From sequence record MW349129.1: a DNA stretch of 64,000 bases; one strand, given 5' to 3'. The position numbers and the translations under genes are program-made. The notes beneath the pieces are model-generated. The model did not search any database. It was not told the origin of the DNA and saw only the letters and a program-made list of their open reading frames with translations. Numbering within the stretch: the first letter of the stretch is position 1; each line of letters opens with the position of its first letter. This document shows positions 49,333-58,789 of this stretch, in pieces.

Positions 49333-49595
49333 TAACAACGACTAACTCCAAGCAATATAGAAAAAAGGTCTTTGATGATGCAGCGTATATAGCATATTTG
49401 CTTGATTTATTTGAAGGACGTTTATCTTTTAATGAAATTCTTAATATGGAATTAAATATATTAAATTCTATGGTTAAAGCTAAAGAAAAAGAAATGAAGA
49501 ATAAACGTATGCAACAACAAAAATTAGAATCTGCTCAAAAAAGAGATTTTAATAATGGAATGCCTAAAGTAGAACTACCAAGACATTTAAATTAA
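49308..49595 (+). CDS. -1 frameshift extension of the tail chaperone (fusion of about 589 aa)
   Basis: The -1 frame is open from CTTTTTC (49303-49309) into the track's 49398 ORF, which has no SD. It encodes chaperone-like LSFNEILNMELNILNSM. Confidence 0.6.
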   Translation, partial: SGSAAFGLVTTTNSKQYRKKVFDDAAYIAYLLDLFEGRLSFNEILNMELNILNSMVKAKEKEMKNKRMQQQKLESAQKRDFNNGMPKVELPRHLN

Positions 49596-49626
49596 AAAAA
49601 AAGAAATGAAAGGAGCTGACTATTGA

Positions 49627-49920
49627 TTGGTTACTAATACTAAAGATAGTCAGAAAATCCTTCATATTTATGATTCTCTTGTTGAAGATGATGATAACAT
49701 TCTATCGTCTCTATGTCATTCTAATAAAGGTTTAGTATTCGTAAATCTTTTATATGACGTAGATTATAAAATTAAAGAAGGATTTTCTAAAAACTATAAT
49801 GAATTTGATTACATTATTTTGGAAACAGAAGACAAAGAAAAATTAAAAGAAAAAGTTTCATATATAAAAAATTTAAAATTTGAAGACAACAAGAATACTA
49901 TAAGAATTTCAATTGTGTAA
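49627..49920 (+). CDS. hypothetical protein
   Basis: 97 aa, AAGGAG SD, TTG start. Confidence 0.65.
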   Translation: MVTNTKDSQKILHIYDSLVEDDDNILSSLCHSNKGLVFVNLLYDVDYKIKEGFSKNYNEFDYIILETEDKEKLKEKVSYIKNLKFEDNKNTIRISIV

Positions 49921-49937
49921 AGTGAGGTCTAAAAAGA

Positions 49938-51680
49938 ATGTTAGATAAGAATAAAGAAAAGAAAAAATTAATTTCAAATATTGTAGACGAAGATTCATAT
50001 AAAGATATAGCGGAATTAACTATTGATACTATTTCAAATACGTTAATGAAGTCATTAGGTTATTTTGGTTCTACAACTATTTTTGATGACGGTATTAGCA
50101 GATATGTAACTAAAGACGGTTATAATATCTTAAAAAATATTAGATTTCAAGATACAATCGCTACAGCTATTTTGAATTTCATTAAAGAAGTATCGTTATC
50201 ATTAGTTAAGTCTGTTGGAGATGGATCAACTTCATCAGTAATTAACTCACAAGCTATGTTTAAAGAGATTAACAAAAGATTAAAAGAAAAAGATGATTTA
50301 GGTGGTTATTCTCGTAAAGAAATTTCAGATTCATTAAATAATATGAAAGAATTAATTTCTAAAGAGTTAACTTCAAAATCTACTAAAATTGATCAAGATA
50401 ATTTCCATAAATTAAAAAATATCGCTACAGTATCTAATAATAATGATGAAAAATTAGGAGAAATGGTTTATGAAATTTTCTCTAAAATTGGTAATAAAGG
50501 TTTTATATTCCCTGAAGTTTCTGATAATGAAGAAGACCATTATTCATTAACTAGAGGTATTGAAACACCGCATGCATTATTAGATAATAAATTAATTAAT
50601 AATAAAGATGATCATTCAGTTGATTTTAGTAAACCTTATGTAGTTGTTGTTAATGATAAACTAACTGAAGAAGATATTGTATGGACGTCAAATATTATTT
50701 CTAAAGTTAAACCTTTTTCAGGACAAGGATTAATATTCTTTGCTCCAGCTTTTTCTAAAGAATTTAAAGACTACATTAAAAATAATTTGCATGCTAATAG
50801 AAATAATGGTTCATTACAAGCAGTTGAAACTGACTTTGAATTAGCTATCGGTTCTCATTATCATGATCCAGAAAAATTAGAAGATTTAGCTATATATACA
50901 GGCGGATCTATTATTGATAAAACTATGGAAAAAGAAGATTTCTATAAGCAAGTTGAATCTATTGTAGAACTTCCTGAAAATGATCCAGAGTGGTTATTAT
51001 TTAATGAAAATATGATTGGTAGAGCTGAAAGAATTACTATTGATAATTTTAAAACACAAATTGTTAATGGTTATGGTAATGGCACTCAAAAACTTAAAGA
51101 TAGAATTTCAGAAATTAATAATGAGATAACTTATTATACTGACATGAATTCAGATCAAGCTATTACAGCTATTACTGATTTACAAAAACGAGCAAATTCT
51201 TTAAATAACGCTATTGCTAAATTATACGTTGGTGGTTCTTCTCAAGCAGAAAAAACTTCTAGACTATACTTAGTAGAGGATTCAGTACATGCTTCTAAAT
51301 CTGCTTTAGAACATGGTTATGTATCTGGAGGTAACTTATCAGTAAATAAAGTTATTAAAAATATTAATAGAGAAGTTTTAAGTGATTTAGATAATCTAAC
51401 ATTAGATTTAATAGATATATCTTCAAGAGAAGTTTACCATAAAGTATTAGAAAACTTTAATAGATTTAGTTCAGGAGAAATTGAATCCATTACTCAAACT
51501 TGTATCGATAAAGATGCTATATTGAATATTAAAAATAATGAATATGAAGATGATGTTAATACAGATATTATCAACTCAGTAGAAACAGATATTAAAATAT
51601 TAGAAACAACTATTAGTATTATAGGATTGATTTCACTAAGTAACCAATTCTTAACTAATTCAGTCATTATCCCACAATAA
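49938..51680 (+). CDS. groEL: phage GroEL-like chaperonin
   Basis: SLGYFG, TKDGYNIL, VGDGSTSS, ATVSNNND, EDLAIYTGG, VGG.S..E and EDSV.A.KSALE.G.VSGG. Confidence 0.9.
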   Translation: MLDKNKEKKKLISNIVDEDSYKDIAELTIDTISNTLMKSLGYFGSTTIFDDGISRYVTKDGYNILKNIRFQDTIATAILNFIKEVSLSLVKSVGDGSTSSVINSQAMFKEINKRLKEKDDLGGYSRKEISDSLNNMKELISKELTSKSTKIDQDNFHKLKNIATVSNNNDEKLGEMVYEIFSKIGNKGFIFPEVSDNEEDHYSLTRGIETPHALLDNKLINNKDDHSVDFSKPYVVVVNDKLTEEDIVWTSNIISKVKPFSGQGLIFFAPAFSKEFKDYIKNNLHANRNNGSLQAVETDFELAIGSHYHDPEKLEDLAIYTGGSIIDKTMEKEDFYKQVESIVELPENDPEWLLFNENMIGRAERITIDNFKTQIVNGYGNGTQKLKDRISEINNEITYYTDMNSDQAITAITDLQKRANSLNNAIAKLYVGGSSQAEKTSRLYLVEDSVHASKSALEHGYVSGGNLSVNKVIKNINREVLSDLDNLTLDLIDISSREVYHKVLENFNRFSSGEIESITQTCIDKDAILNIKNNEYEDDVNTDIINSVETDIKILETTISIIGLISLSNQFLTNSVIIPQ

Positions 51681-51689
51681 AAACTTATT

Positions 51690-51721
51690 GCCGAAACCAT
51701 TTGAACATTAATGGTTTCGGC
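51690..51721 (+). terminator. intrinsic terminator
   Basis: GCCGAAACCATT / AATGGTTTCGGC followed by TTATTTTT. Confidence 0.8.
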
Positions 51722-51850
51722 TTATTTTTGTGAATATAATTATCTTAATAATCTTTTTTACAAAATTAGATTTTTATGATTTTTTATTTGCTTTTTTGCT
51801 AATTTTTTGTTATAATTAAAAATATATTAAGTAGGAGGAATTATATAAAA

Positions 51851-52624
51851 TTGACTAATTTTACAGCTTCTCAATTTCTCAAAAACCCTACAGGAAAAGG
51901 TTCAGCTACAGTAGCTAGACGTGATAGAATCATATTAGATATGAGAACTAGATTTTCTTATCTTTATAAAAAGAATAGAAAGAGTTTTAAATTAAAGATA
52001 TTCTTGTATCAAGATAAATATTACTTCTATTTCCAAATACCTTCAGAAGACTATTTTAAAGAAAATCTATCTTATGATGTTATTATTGAATTTAGACCGC
52101 CTAATGAAAGAGCAGCTAAAGCAAAAGATCTTAATAATTACTTAATAAGATTTATTAGTAATTCACCTAACTTTATGTTTACATACGGTTATCTATATAA
52201 TAAAGATGATTTGCTAATAAGTTGGTTAAGTTATAAATTAGGACCTAAAGCTTTAAATCAACCTCCAGAAGTTAGAAACCCTAGACTTGAATATGGTTTT
52301 GAGAAATCAGTTTATTTTGCACTTTTGTATCTAGAGACTAACCCTAAAGCATTAAAAAATCCGCTTCATTTGACACTACCTAACAGACAAAGAATTAAAA
52401 GTTCTTTTAAATCTTCAGAATTAAAATTACGTGAATACAATAAGATTAAACAACAGAAAACTTCTTCTAAGAGAAACTCATCCGGTATTAAAAAACAAAT
52501 AAGTAATCGTGTCGATAAAAGAAATGAAGAAAAGAAAAGAGTAACTAAACCTATTAATAGAAAAGTTAAACCTATAGGTAAAGTTAAAAAAGTTAAGAAG
52601 AATAACTCTATAAAACGAAAATGA
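51851..52624 (+). CDS. basic hypothetical protein
   Basis: 257 aa, AGGAGG SD, Lys/Arg-rich C-terminus. Confidence 0.75.
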   Translation: MTNFTASQFLKNPTGKGSATVARRDRIILDMRTRFSYLYKKNRKSFKLKIFLYQDKYYFYFQIPSEDYFKENLSYDVIIEFRPPNERAAKAKDLNNYLIRFISNSPNFMFTYGYLYNKDDLLISWLSYKLGPKALNQPPEVRNPRLEYGFEKSVYFALLYLETNPKALKNPLHLTLPNRQRIKSSFKSSELKLREYNKIKQQKTSSKRNSSGIKKQISNRVDKRNEEKKRVTKPINRKVKPIGKVKKVKKNNSIKRK

Positions 52625-52628
52625 TTTA

Positions 52629-52646
52629 TTAAATATATATTATATA
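52629..52646 (+). promoter_or_regulatory. early promoter motif
   Basis: TTAAATATATATTATATA upstream of the sigma-like gene. Confidence 0.65.
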
Positions 52647-52700
52647 AATGATAAATAATACGTATTTATCATAATTATTATTTAAGGAGAGTGCCTGATA

Positions 52701-54434
52701 TTGGATAAAGTTAAAGAATTAGAGTACAAAGAGGATTTAGATTTGAAAAAGATTGATGAATTAGTTAATAATGACGTAGAAGTACCCCTATTATCTAGTA
52801 ATGTCAATAAGCTTAAAAGAGTCTCTGGTAATTTTGATTTGACTAATGAATACATTAATTCTAAAGACCTAGATACACTTGAAAGAAAAAATAAAAATGG
52901 TAAAATTGAATTGGAGTACATACAGAGAACAGATATTCTTCAATTAGTTAAATTTGTTGAAAGTGAAAAGAATGATACTATATTTATAGATTTCAATAAG
53001 ATATTAGAGACTGATAATCGTGAAGTACCTAAAGATGAAGAATTTGATAATATATTCACTATTCAAATTAAACAGAGATCTTACAAGAGTATTTTAGATT
53101 ATATTGTAAATGATATGAACTTTATAGTTAATGAGATTCCTCACATAATGATTAAAGGTGCTACTATATTAAGTAAGATAGCTAAATTAAGAGAGAATTA
53201 TAAAGAAGATGATTTCTTCAGAGATATTCAGAATATTATTGAAGATGAAGATTTAAGAAATGTTATTAGAAATATTGTTGATAATAATTATACAATTAAT
53301 TTAGATCAGACTAATGCTGAAGCTATGTTACAAAGTAAAAAAGTTATCAAGAGAGACTTACAAGTAACTGACCAAGTAAATAAATCATTCTTATCCACAG
53401 CTGTAATGCAAAGATTTATTATTCCATTTATTAGTCAATATTATGTAATTACTAATAAATATCATTGTGAAAATTCAGATGCAGATAAGGAAAGAACTAA
53501 AAATGGTTACTTTAAAGCATTTAATTATTGTATGTGTATTTCTTCATTTGATTATAACGTAAGTAATAATAATAAACTTTACAAAATTGTAGAACCTAAA
53601 GTAATCAAAACAAAATACAATGATAGAGTTATTTGGAGATTCTTAGATTTACGTTCAATTGATCCTGACACTGTTATTAATAAAATAATGGATAAAATCA
53701 TTAGACAAATTGTATGTAAATTATTAGTAGATACTTCTGCAGTATCTTATTTTACGTCTGTTATTAAATTCTCAATCGATTATGAATTCCAGTACAAATA
53801 TCCAATTAAGTTTAGATCAATACGTTTATCTACAGATGATGACGATGATGAAGATAGTTTCGATAAATTCCAAATGAATAACTTCCATAAAGTTAATGAA
53901 CGTTTAGATTTAGCTAATAAAATCACTATTGATAGATTTATTAATGAACGTTTAGAAGAATTAAATATTGATGATGATTATATTAATTGTTTATATGATA
54001 AATTTGATTATATTAATGATTTACAATCTCATTTAATTAAAGTATATTTTGCTGAATACTTTAACGTTAATACAAATGATAGAAAGAGTATTGTTTCATT
54101 ACTAGCTATTATGTCTAAAGAACTTATTGAAAATAATATGGAAACTTTAGGAAAGATAGTAGCAAGTAAAGTTGTTTCAGGTACAAAAGCTAAAAATGTA
54201 GGTAAATTATCATTAGACGTAATTGCAGATAAATACTATATTGCTGCTTGGGATAAATATAGATTTATCAATGATATTACTGAAAAAGATAACTTTATCT
54301 TACGTATAGCATTAGTAAATGGATATTCATTTAACTTTACTCCTGAAGATAAAGAAGAAGATGAAGAAGTTATTGCTGATATTGATAAGAAATACTTTAT
54401 CTCTGAAGTATCACAATTTATTTCTCAATACTAA
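52701..54434 (+). CDS. sigma-like promoter-specificity subunit of the non-virion RNAP (AR9 gp226-like)
   Basis: Blocks LQVTD, NKLYKI...TKYNDRVIW, SAVSYF.SVIK and YKYPI match my recollection of AR9 gp226 (LQVTD, NKLYKI...TKYSDVVIW, SVISYL.VVIK, FKYPI). An alignment is needed to confirm. Confidence 0.75.
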   Translation: MDKVKELEYKEDLDLKKIDELVNNDVEVPLLSSNVNKLKRVSGNFDLTNEYINSKDLDTLERKNKNGKIELEYIQRTDILQLVKFVESEKNDTIFIDFNKILETDNREVPKDEEFDNIFTIQIKQRSYKSILDYIVNDMNFIVNEIPHIMIKGATILSKIAKLRENYKEDDFFRDIQNIIEDEDLRNVIRNIVDNNYTINLDQTNAEAMLQSKKVIKRDLQVTDQVNKSFLSTAVMQRFIIPFISQYYVITNKYHCENSDADKERTKNGYFKAFNYCMCISSFDYNVSNNNKLYKIVEPKVIKTKYNDRVIWRFLDLRSIDPDTVINKIMDKIIRQIVCKLLVDTSAVSYFTSVIKFSIDYEFQYKYPIKFRSIRLSTDDDDDEDSFDKFQMNNFHKVNERLDLANKITIDRFINERLEELNIDDDYINCLYDKFDYINDLQSHLIKVYFAEYFNVNTNDRKSIVSLLAIMSKELIENNMETLGKIVASKVVSGTKAKNVGKLSLDVIADKYYIAAWDKYRFINDITEKDNFILRIALVNGYSFNFTPEDKEEDEEVIADIDKKYFISEVSQFISQY

Positions 54435-54454
54435 AAAAAAAAAATATTAAAAAT

Positions 54455-54489
54455 TACCCATACACTCTATATTAATGAGTGTATGGGTA
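54455..54489. terminator. bidirectional terminator
   Basis: TACCCATACACTC / GAGTGTATGGGTA flanked by A- and T-tracts between convergent genes. Confidence 0.8.
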
Positions 54490-54520
54490 TATTATTTTTT
54501 TTTTCGGATCATAGAAAATT

Positions 54521-55681
54521 TTACCTATTTAATTCGCCTTCAAATAAATAATCTATATTAATGTAAGTTCTTTCAAATATTTCTTCATTAAGTCTTTTAA
54601 TCTCATTAGGGTCATTGAAATCTATTATTTGAGAAGATAATATATTTTGAATTTTACTTCCATCAATTTCATCAACTATATGAGGATGATTGAATAGTTT
54701 AAACCTCTTAATTAACTCTTCTAATTTTTCTTCTTTTATTTCATTTTCGAATAGTTTTCTTAAAGATGATTCATTATTGTATTCTTTTAAAGGAGATAAT
54801 TTTAAATCAGATATCATTTTATCTAATAATTTTACAGTTGATACTGGACCATAGCTTGGAATTGATTTATATTCTTGATCTTTATGTTCCATAAATAAGT
54901 TATATAAGTCTAATATATTATAATCTATATTAACAAAATCGTTAATATCTTTTTTAGTACTAGAACTAAATAACTCATCTTTAATATTCTCTTTAGTTAT
55001 TACTTTACTCTTTTCTGATCCACGTAGTTCTAATAGTAATAATCTATCCTTATATTTTAATAATTGTCTATATATTTTATCATTACTAACAATTAATGAA
55101 TAATCGTTATCATTTTCAATATTAGTTTTAGATAATATATAATAAGGTAATATAGTTGGTTCTATTTTATAAGTATCTATAAAATATGCGTTAGGTATAT
55201 ATTTAACTATCGTTTTAACTAATTCTAAAGTCGATTTAATAGTTTTATTAGTGTCTCTATAAGTTATATTATCCTTATCCATCTTTTTATAATATTCTTT
55301 CTTATACTCTTCATCAATATTAGTATGATATATTGATTCTTTATCTGAATAGAATAAGAAGAATCTACTATGCATATTTAATCTACTAGCAAAGAAATGA
55401 CGATAATGACCTATTATATTAACTAATTCAACAACTAAATTTAATCTATCTTTAGTTTTTACATGTGTAAAATTTTCAGCTATTTGAGGTGAATATAATT
55501 GTTTAATAACTGAATTTAAGTCTACATATATAGTTACATTATCATTTTTAGTATTACTACCAAATCTACCTCCTTCTACATAAGGTCTAACTAATTCAGT
55601 CATTTTATTATAATTCAGTTTTTTAGAGTTTATTATACGCTCTATTATACTAATATCCATACGTATTTCACGTCCTTTCAT
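54521..55681 (-). CDS. 5'-3' exonuclease/flap endonuclease-like (PIN fold)
   Basis: IYVDLNS, SLIVSNDK...QL and H3TH-like SIPSYGPVSTVKLL. Confidence 0.55.
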   Translation of the reverse strand: MKGREIRMDISIIERIINSKKLNYNKMTELVRPYVEGGRFGSNTKNDNVTIYVDLNSVIKQLYSPQIAENFTHVKTKDRLNLVVELVNIIGHYRHFFASRLNMHSRFFLFYSDKESIYHTNIDEEYKKEYYKKMDKDNITYRDTNKTIKSTLELVKTIVKYIPNAYFIDTYKIEPTILPYYILSKTNIENDNDYSLIVSNDKIYRQLLKYKDRLLLLELRGSEKSKVITKENIKDELFSSSTKKDINDFVNIDYNILDLYNLFMEHKDQEYKSIPSYGPVSTVKLLDKMISDLKLSPLKEYNNESSLRKLFENEIKEEKLEELIKRFKLFNHPHIVDEIDGSKIQNILSSQIIDFNDPNEIKRLNEEIFERTYINIDYLFEGELNR

Positions 55682-55683
55682 TG

Positions 55684-55700
55684 TTATAATATATAATTAT
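55684..55700 (-). promoter_or_regulatory. early promoter-like motif
   Basis: The minus strand reads ATAATTATATATTATAA next to the exonuclease start. Confidence 0.45.
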
Positions 55701-55740
55701 ATATTAATTCGTAATTTTATAAAAATTGATACTACCTAGT

Positions 55741-55752
55741 AACATTCACTTA
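55741..55752 (+). promoter_or_regulatory. late promoter AACA-N6-TA
   Basis: AACA-TTCACT-TA, 36 nt upstream of the 55788 start. Confidence 0.6.
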
Positions 55753-55787
55753 TAATAATATGTATCGGGAAGTCGGTGAATTAAAAA

Positions 55788-57062
55788 TTGATAGAAAGTT
55801 TGATTACTAAAAAAATATTTAATATAAAATTAATAGCATTATATTCAGATGGAACTACTGATGATTTATCTCAATTTATTAAAAGATCTAGAATAGAAAT
55901 GAACTTCCAAGAATATATTATGCCATACTATAGATTTATATTAAGATTACCTAAAGAGACTATAATTAAGATTAATAAAGATAGAGACAAAGTGGTATTT
56001 TCTTTTGCTTCAGATATGATTACTACTGATGCTGAAAGTGAAAGTTTATCTATTCCTTTTTATGAAGAAATAATATTAAATCCATTAATGGATTTAAGCA
56101 ATCCAGTTAATTATGATGATAGAGTAACTAGAACTGATGAAGATCAAAAACATTTATTTGATAGATATGAATTAGTTGCTATATCTGAAGAAACGTTAAA
56201 AACTAATAAACCTATAGTTTCAGGTATATATAATAACTGTACTGTCAGTGAAGTAGTTACTGATTTATTAAGTAATTTAAAAAATAGAGAAATATACTTA
56301 CATGAAATAGATAATAATAAAATATACGAGCAGATTATCTTACTTCCTGCAAACGTATATGATAATATAAAATTTATTGATGATGTATATGGTATATATA
56401 ATAGGGAAATTAAGATGTTTAACCATGAAACAGGTTTAAATATTTTACCAATGTCTGGATTTGATCCTAATGATATAGGTAAAGTTAAAGTAGAAATAAG
56501 ATTCCCTTCAAATCAAACTGATGAGGAAATCATAGAAGGATCTTACGAGCAAATATCTGAAGAAGATGACTTAGTTAGAAATAAAAATATAGTAACAAGA
56601 ATTAATAATGTATCTCTAGTAGATAATACAAGATTATTTAATGAATTAATCGGTTCAGAAATTAATTTATTTGGAATGGATAATGAGACAGAATACACTA
56701 AATTAAATACATATCGTAGAGATATGGAAGATAGAAATGGACCTATTAATAAAGTTAAAGTATATGACGATATTTATGATAATCCTTATAGTCTAGAAAA
56801 AGAGTTTAATAATAGTAAAGATATAATATTAAAGATACAATTAAATGATATTGATTTGACTATGGAAGATACTTTCAAGCAATTTGATATAGAGTTCTTT
56901 AATGAATATTATAAACACTATAATGGTTTTTATGAGTTGTTATCAATTAATCAAGAATATAAAAATGCAAGTAAAGCTCTAGTATTATCAAACTATATTA
57001 CATTAAGAAAGATAACTGATCATACATTTATTAAAAATGATAAAAATAATCCCAATACCTAA
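55788..57062 (+). CDS. virion structural protein, possibly baseplate hub (gp27-like)
   Basis: Late promoter; beta-rich; SGIYNNCTV.EV...L and an EQII pattern recall hub proteins. Confidence 0.4.
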   Translation: MIESLITKKIFNIKLIALYSDGTTDDLSQFIKRSRIEMNFQEYIMPYYRFILRLPKETIIKINKDRDKVVFSFASDMITTDAESESLSIPFYEEIILNPLMDLSNPVNYDDRVTRTDEDQKHLFDRYELVAISEETLKTNKPIVSGIYNNCTVSEVVTDLLSNLKNREIYLHEIDNNKIYEQIILLPANVYDNIKFIDDVYGIYNREIKMFNHETGLNILPMSGFDPNDIGKVKVEIRFPSNQTDEEIIEGSYEQISEEDDLVRNKNIVTRINNVSLVDNTRLFNELIGSEINLFGMDNETEYTKLNTYRRDMEDRNGPINKVKVYDDIYDNPYSLEKEFNNSKDIILKIQLNDIDLTMEDTFKQFDIEFFNEYYKHYNGFYELLSINQEYKNASKALVLSNYITLRKITDHTFIKNDKNNPNT

Positions 57063-57080
57063 ATTAAAAGGTATTGGGAT
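57049..57080. terminator. bidirectional terminator
   Basis: ATCCCAATACCT / AGGTATTGGGAT; same arms as 29121. Confidence 0.75.
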
Positions 57081-57086
57081 AAATTA

Positions 57087-57821
57087 TTAACCAATATATT
57101 TTTGAACATCATTTAATACATCTACATGACTCTTCATAGCATTATTAATTACTTTTCTATAAAGTACATTAAGTTTATTAAGATCATTGACTAATTTTTG
57201 ATTTTCTTTTATCTTTTCTTCTTCAATTTCTTTATTAGCAAATTTAATTGAAGTCTCTGAAGCGGATTTCATTGTATCTGCTGAAATCTTAAATGATTTA
57301 GCAAATGATTTAGCTTCATTAAACTGTTCAAATGATTTATTAACAATATAGTCTAAATCAATAGACATTGTTAATGGTATTTCCAAGTAATGATCATTTT
57401 CTTCTAATTCTTTTTCGAAGTCATAGTATTTCATTGAGAAATTATCATGACCTGCATAATTTAAAGTATTTTCATATTTTCTTAAATCAGCAGCTTTCCA
57501 TATACTAAATACTGAAGCTGGACCTGAAAGCTTACTCATTACGTTATTTATTTGCTCTTTATTCTTTTTAATTTTCTTAAGAGTAGATTTAGTTTTAATT
57601 GTAACTCTGTTAAAATTAGTATTAAAGAACTTCATAAATTTAACTAAACCATTCTTAATTAATGATAGTATATTTAGGAAAAATTCTTTAATTGTTTGGA
57701 AGAAATCTTTAACAGGAGATTCATTTAGACTATTTAATTCATCATTAAACTTTAATGATTCACTTACAATTTCAATTTCTTCCTTTAAGAATTCATTATT
57801 ATAATCTTTATTTTCTAACAA
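57087..57821 (-). CDS. internal head protein (propeptide plus amphipathic-helix family)
   Basis: Acidic N-terminus ending SLNES, then PVKDFFQTIKEFFLNILSLIKNGLVKFMKFF. Confidence 0.6.
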   Translation of the reverse strand: MLENKDYNNEFLKEEIEIVSESLKFNDELNSLNESPVKDFFQTIKEFFLNILSLIKNGLVKFMKFFNTNFNRVTIKTKSTLKKIKKNKEQINNVMSKLSGPASVFSIWKAADLRKYENTLNYAGHDNFSMKYYDFEKELEENDHYLEIPLTMSIDLDYIVNKSFEQFNEAKSFAKSFKISADTMKSASETSIKFANKEIEEEKIKENQKLVNDLNKLNVLYRKVINNAMKSHVDVLNDVQKYIG

Positions 57822-57855
57822 GAAGAATCTTTCTCCTTTCTTTATTAAATAAAAA

Positions 57856-57888
57856 GACCTAATACCCTATTATTAAGAGTATTAGGTC
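57856..57888 (-). terminator. hairpin terminator
   Basis: GACCTAATAC / GTATTAGGTC with an A-tract on the + strand 5' side. Confidence 0.65.
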
Positions 57889-57908
57889 CTATATATTATA
57901 GAAATTTA

Positions 57909-58745
57909 TTATTTAGCTGCTTTTTTAGCATCTTTCTTAGCAGATTGTACGCCCTCACCAGTACTACCAGTGTTACCACGTAATAATTCTTTAGTTGCAG
58001 CGTAAGCTACAGCTAAAGCTTTGTTTGACATAGAGATTGATTTAGAGTTAACAGATCTAGCAAAGCTATTAAGTTTAGAAGCTTTAGCAATTTCAGCTTT
58101 TTTAACTTTAACTGTTTCGTTATCATTACGAGCAGCTGATTGAATACCTTCTTTAGCTTTTGTTTGTACTTCTTTGTTAGATTCTTTAACTGCATCAGCT
58201 GAAGCTTTAACATCTTTAACAGCTTTTTTAACTGTATTTACTGCACTTAATGCTGAACTATAGTCTGTAACAGTTCCACCTTTAATTTTAGAACCATTAG
58301 TTAAGTCATTTTTAGTTTGTTCGAATACTTTATCAAAACGATCATCAGAAGGTTTAAGAGTTTTAAGTGAAACTAAAGCACCTGGACTTAAGTATTGATA
58401 TTCTTTAGCTGTTTCTAGTTTTTTGCTAGAATCAGAAATTTTAGATTTAGCATCTTTAATGAATTTTTCAACATTTACAGTGCGAGATTGTAATTTGTTG
58501 AATGCTTCAACGAAGAAAGCAGTGAATTTTTTGAATGCTTCAGCAATAGCTTTAGCAATTTTAATGAAGAAATCTTTAGCTTTTTGAGCATATTCTTTCA
58601 ATTTGCTAGAACCTTGCTCTTCACCTGCAGCAGCATCTTCAGCTTCAGTAAGTACATTAACACTTTCTAGAACAAAAAGTTCTGTTTGAGTTGCTTCTAA
58701 TTCCTCTTGTAGAGAAACAGTTTCGAATGATTGATTTTGTAACAT
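57909..58745 (-). CDS. internal head protein (paralog of the previous gene)
   Basis: SLQEE..VLES..LTEA propeptide, then KAKDFFIKIAKAIAEAFKKFTAFF; Ala/Lys-rich with highly biased codons. Confidence 0.6.
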   Translation of the reverse strand: MLQNQSFETVSLQEELEATQTELFVLESVNVLTEAEDAAAGEEQGSSKLKEYAQKAKDFFIKIAKAIAEAFKKFTAFFVEAFNKLQSRTVNVEKFIKDAKSKISDSSKKLETAKEYQYLSPGALVSLKTLKPSDDRFDKVFEQTKNDLTNGSKIKGGTVTDYSSALSAVNTVKKAVKDVKASADAVKESNKEVQTKAKEGIQSAARNDNETVKVKKAEIAKASKLNSFARSVNSKSISMSNKALAVAYAATKELLRGNTGSTGEGVQSAKKDAKKAAK

Positions 58746-58789
58746 TATATAATTTCCTCCATTTATTTTATAATTTAAATTTTTTAATA

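Noticed and set aside
49330-49350. AACGACTAAC resembling the group I R element
   Set aside because: No matching P, Q or S elements and no P1. The region is better explained as the frameshift stimulator.
54433-54504. Long A and T homopolymer runs next to hairpins
   Set aside because: They are expected terminator tails on both strands, and their exact lengths may reflect sequencing error. No separate function is supported.
37235-54519. 13-nt match GGATCATAGAAAA at about 37235 and 54506
   Set aside because: A single short match in AT-rich DNA, in unrelated contexts, is consistent with chance.
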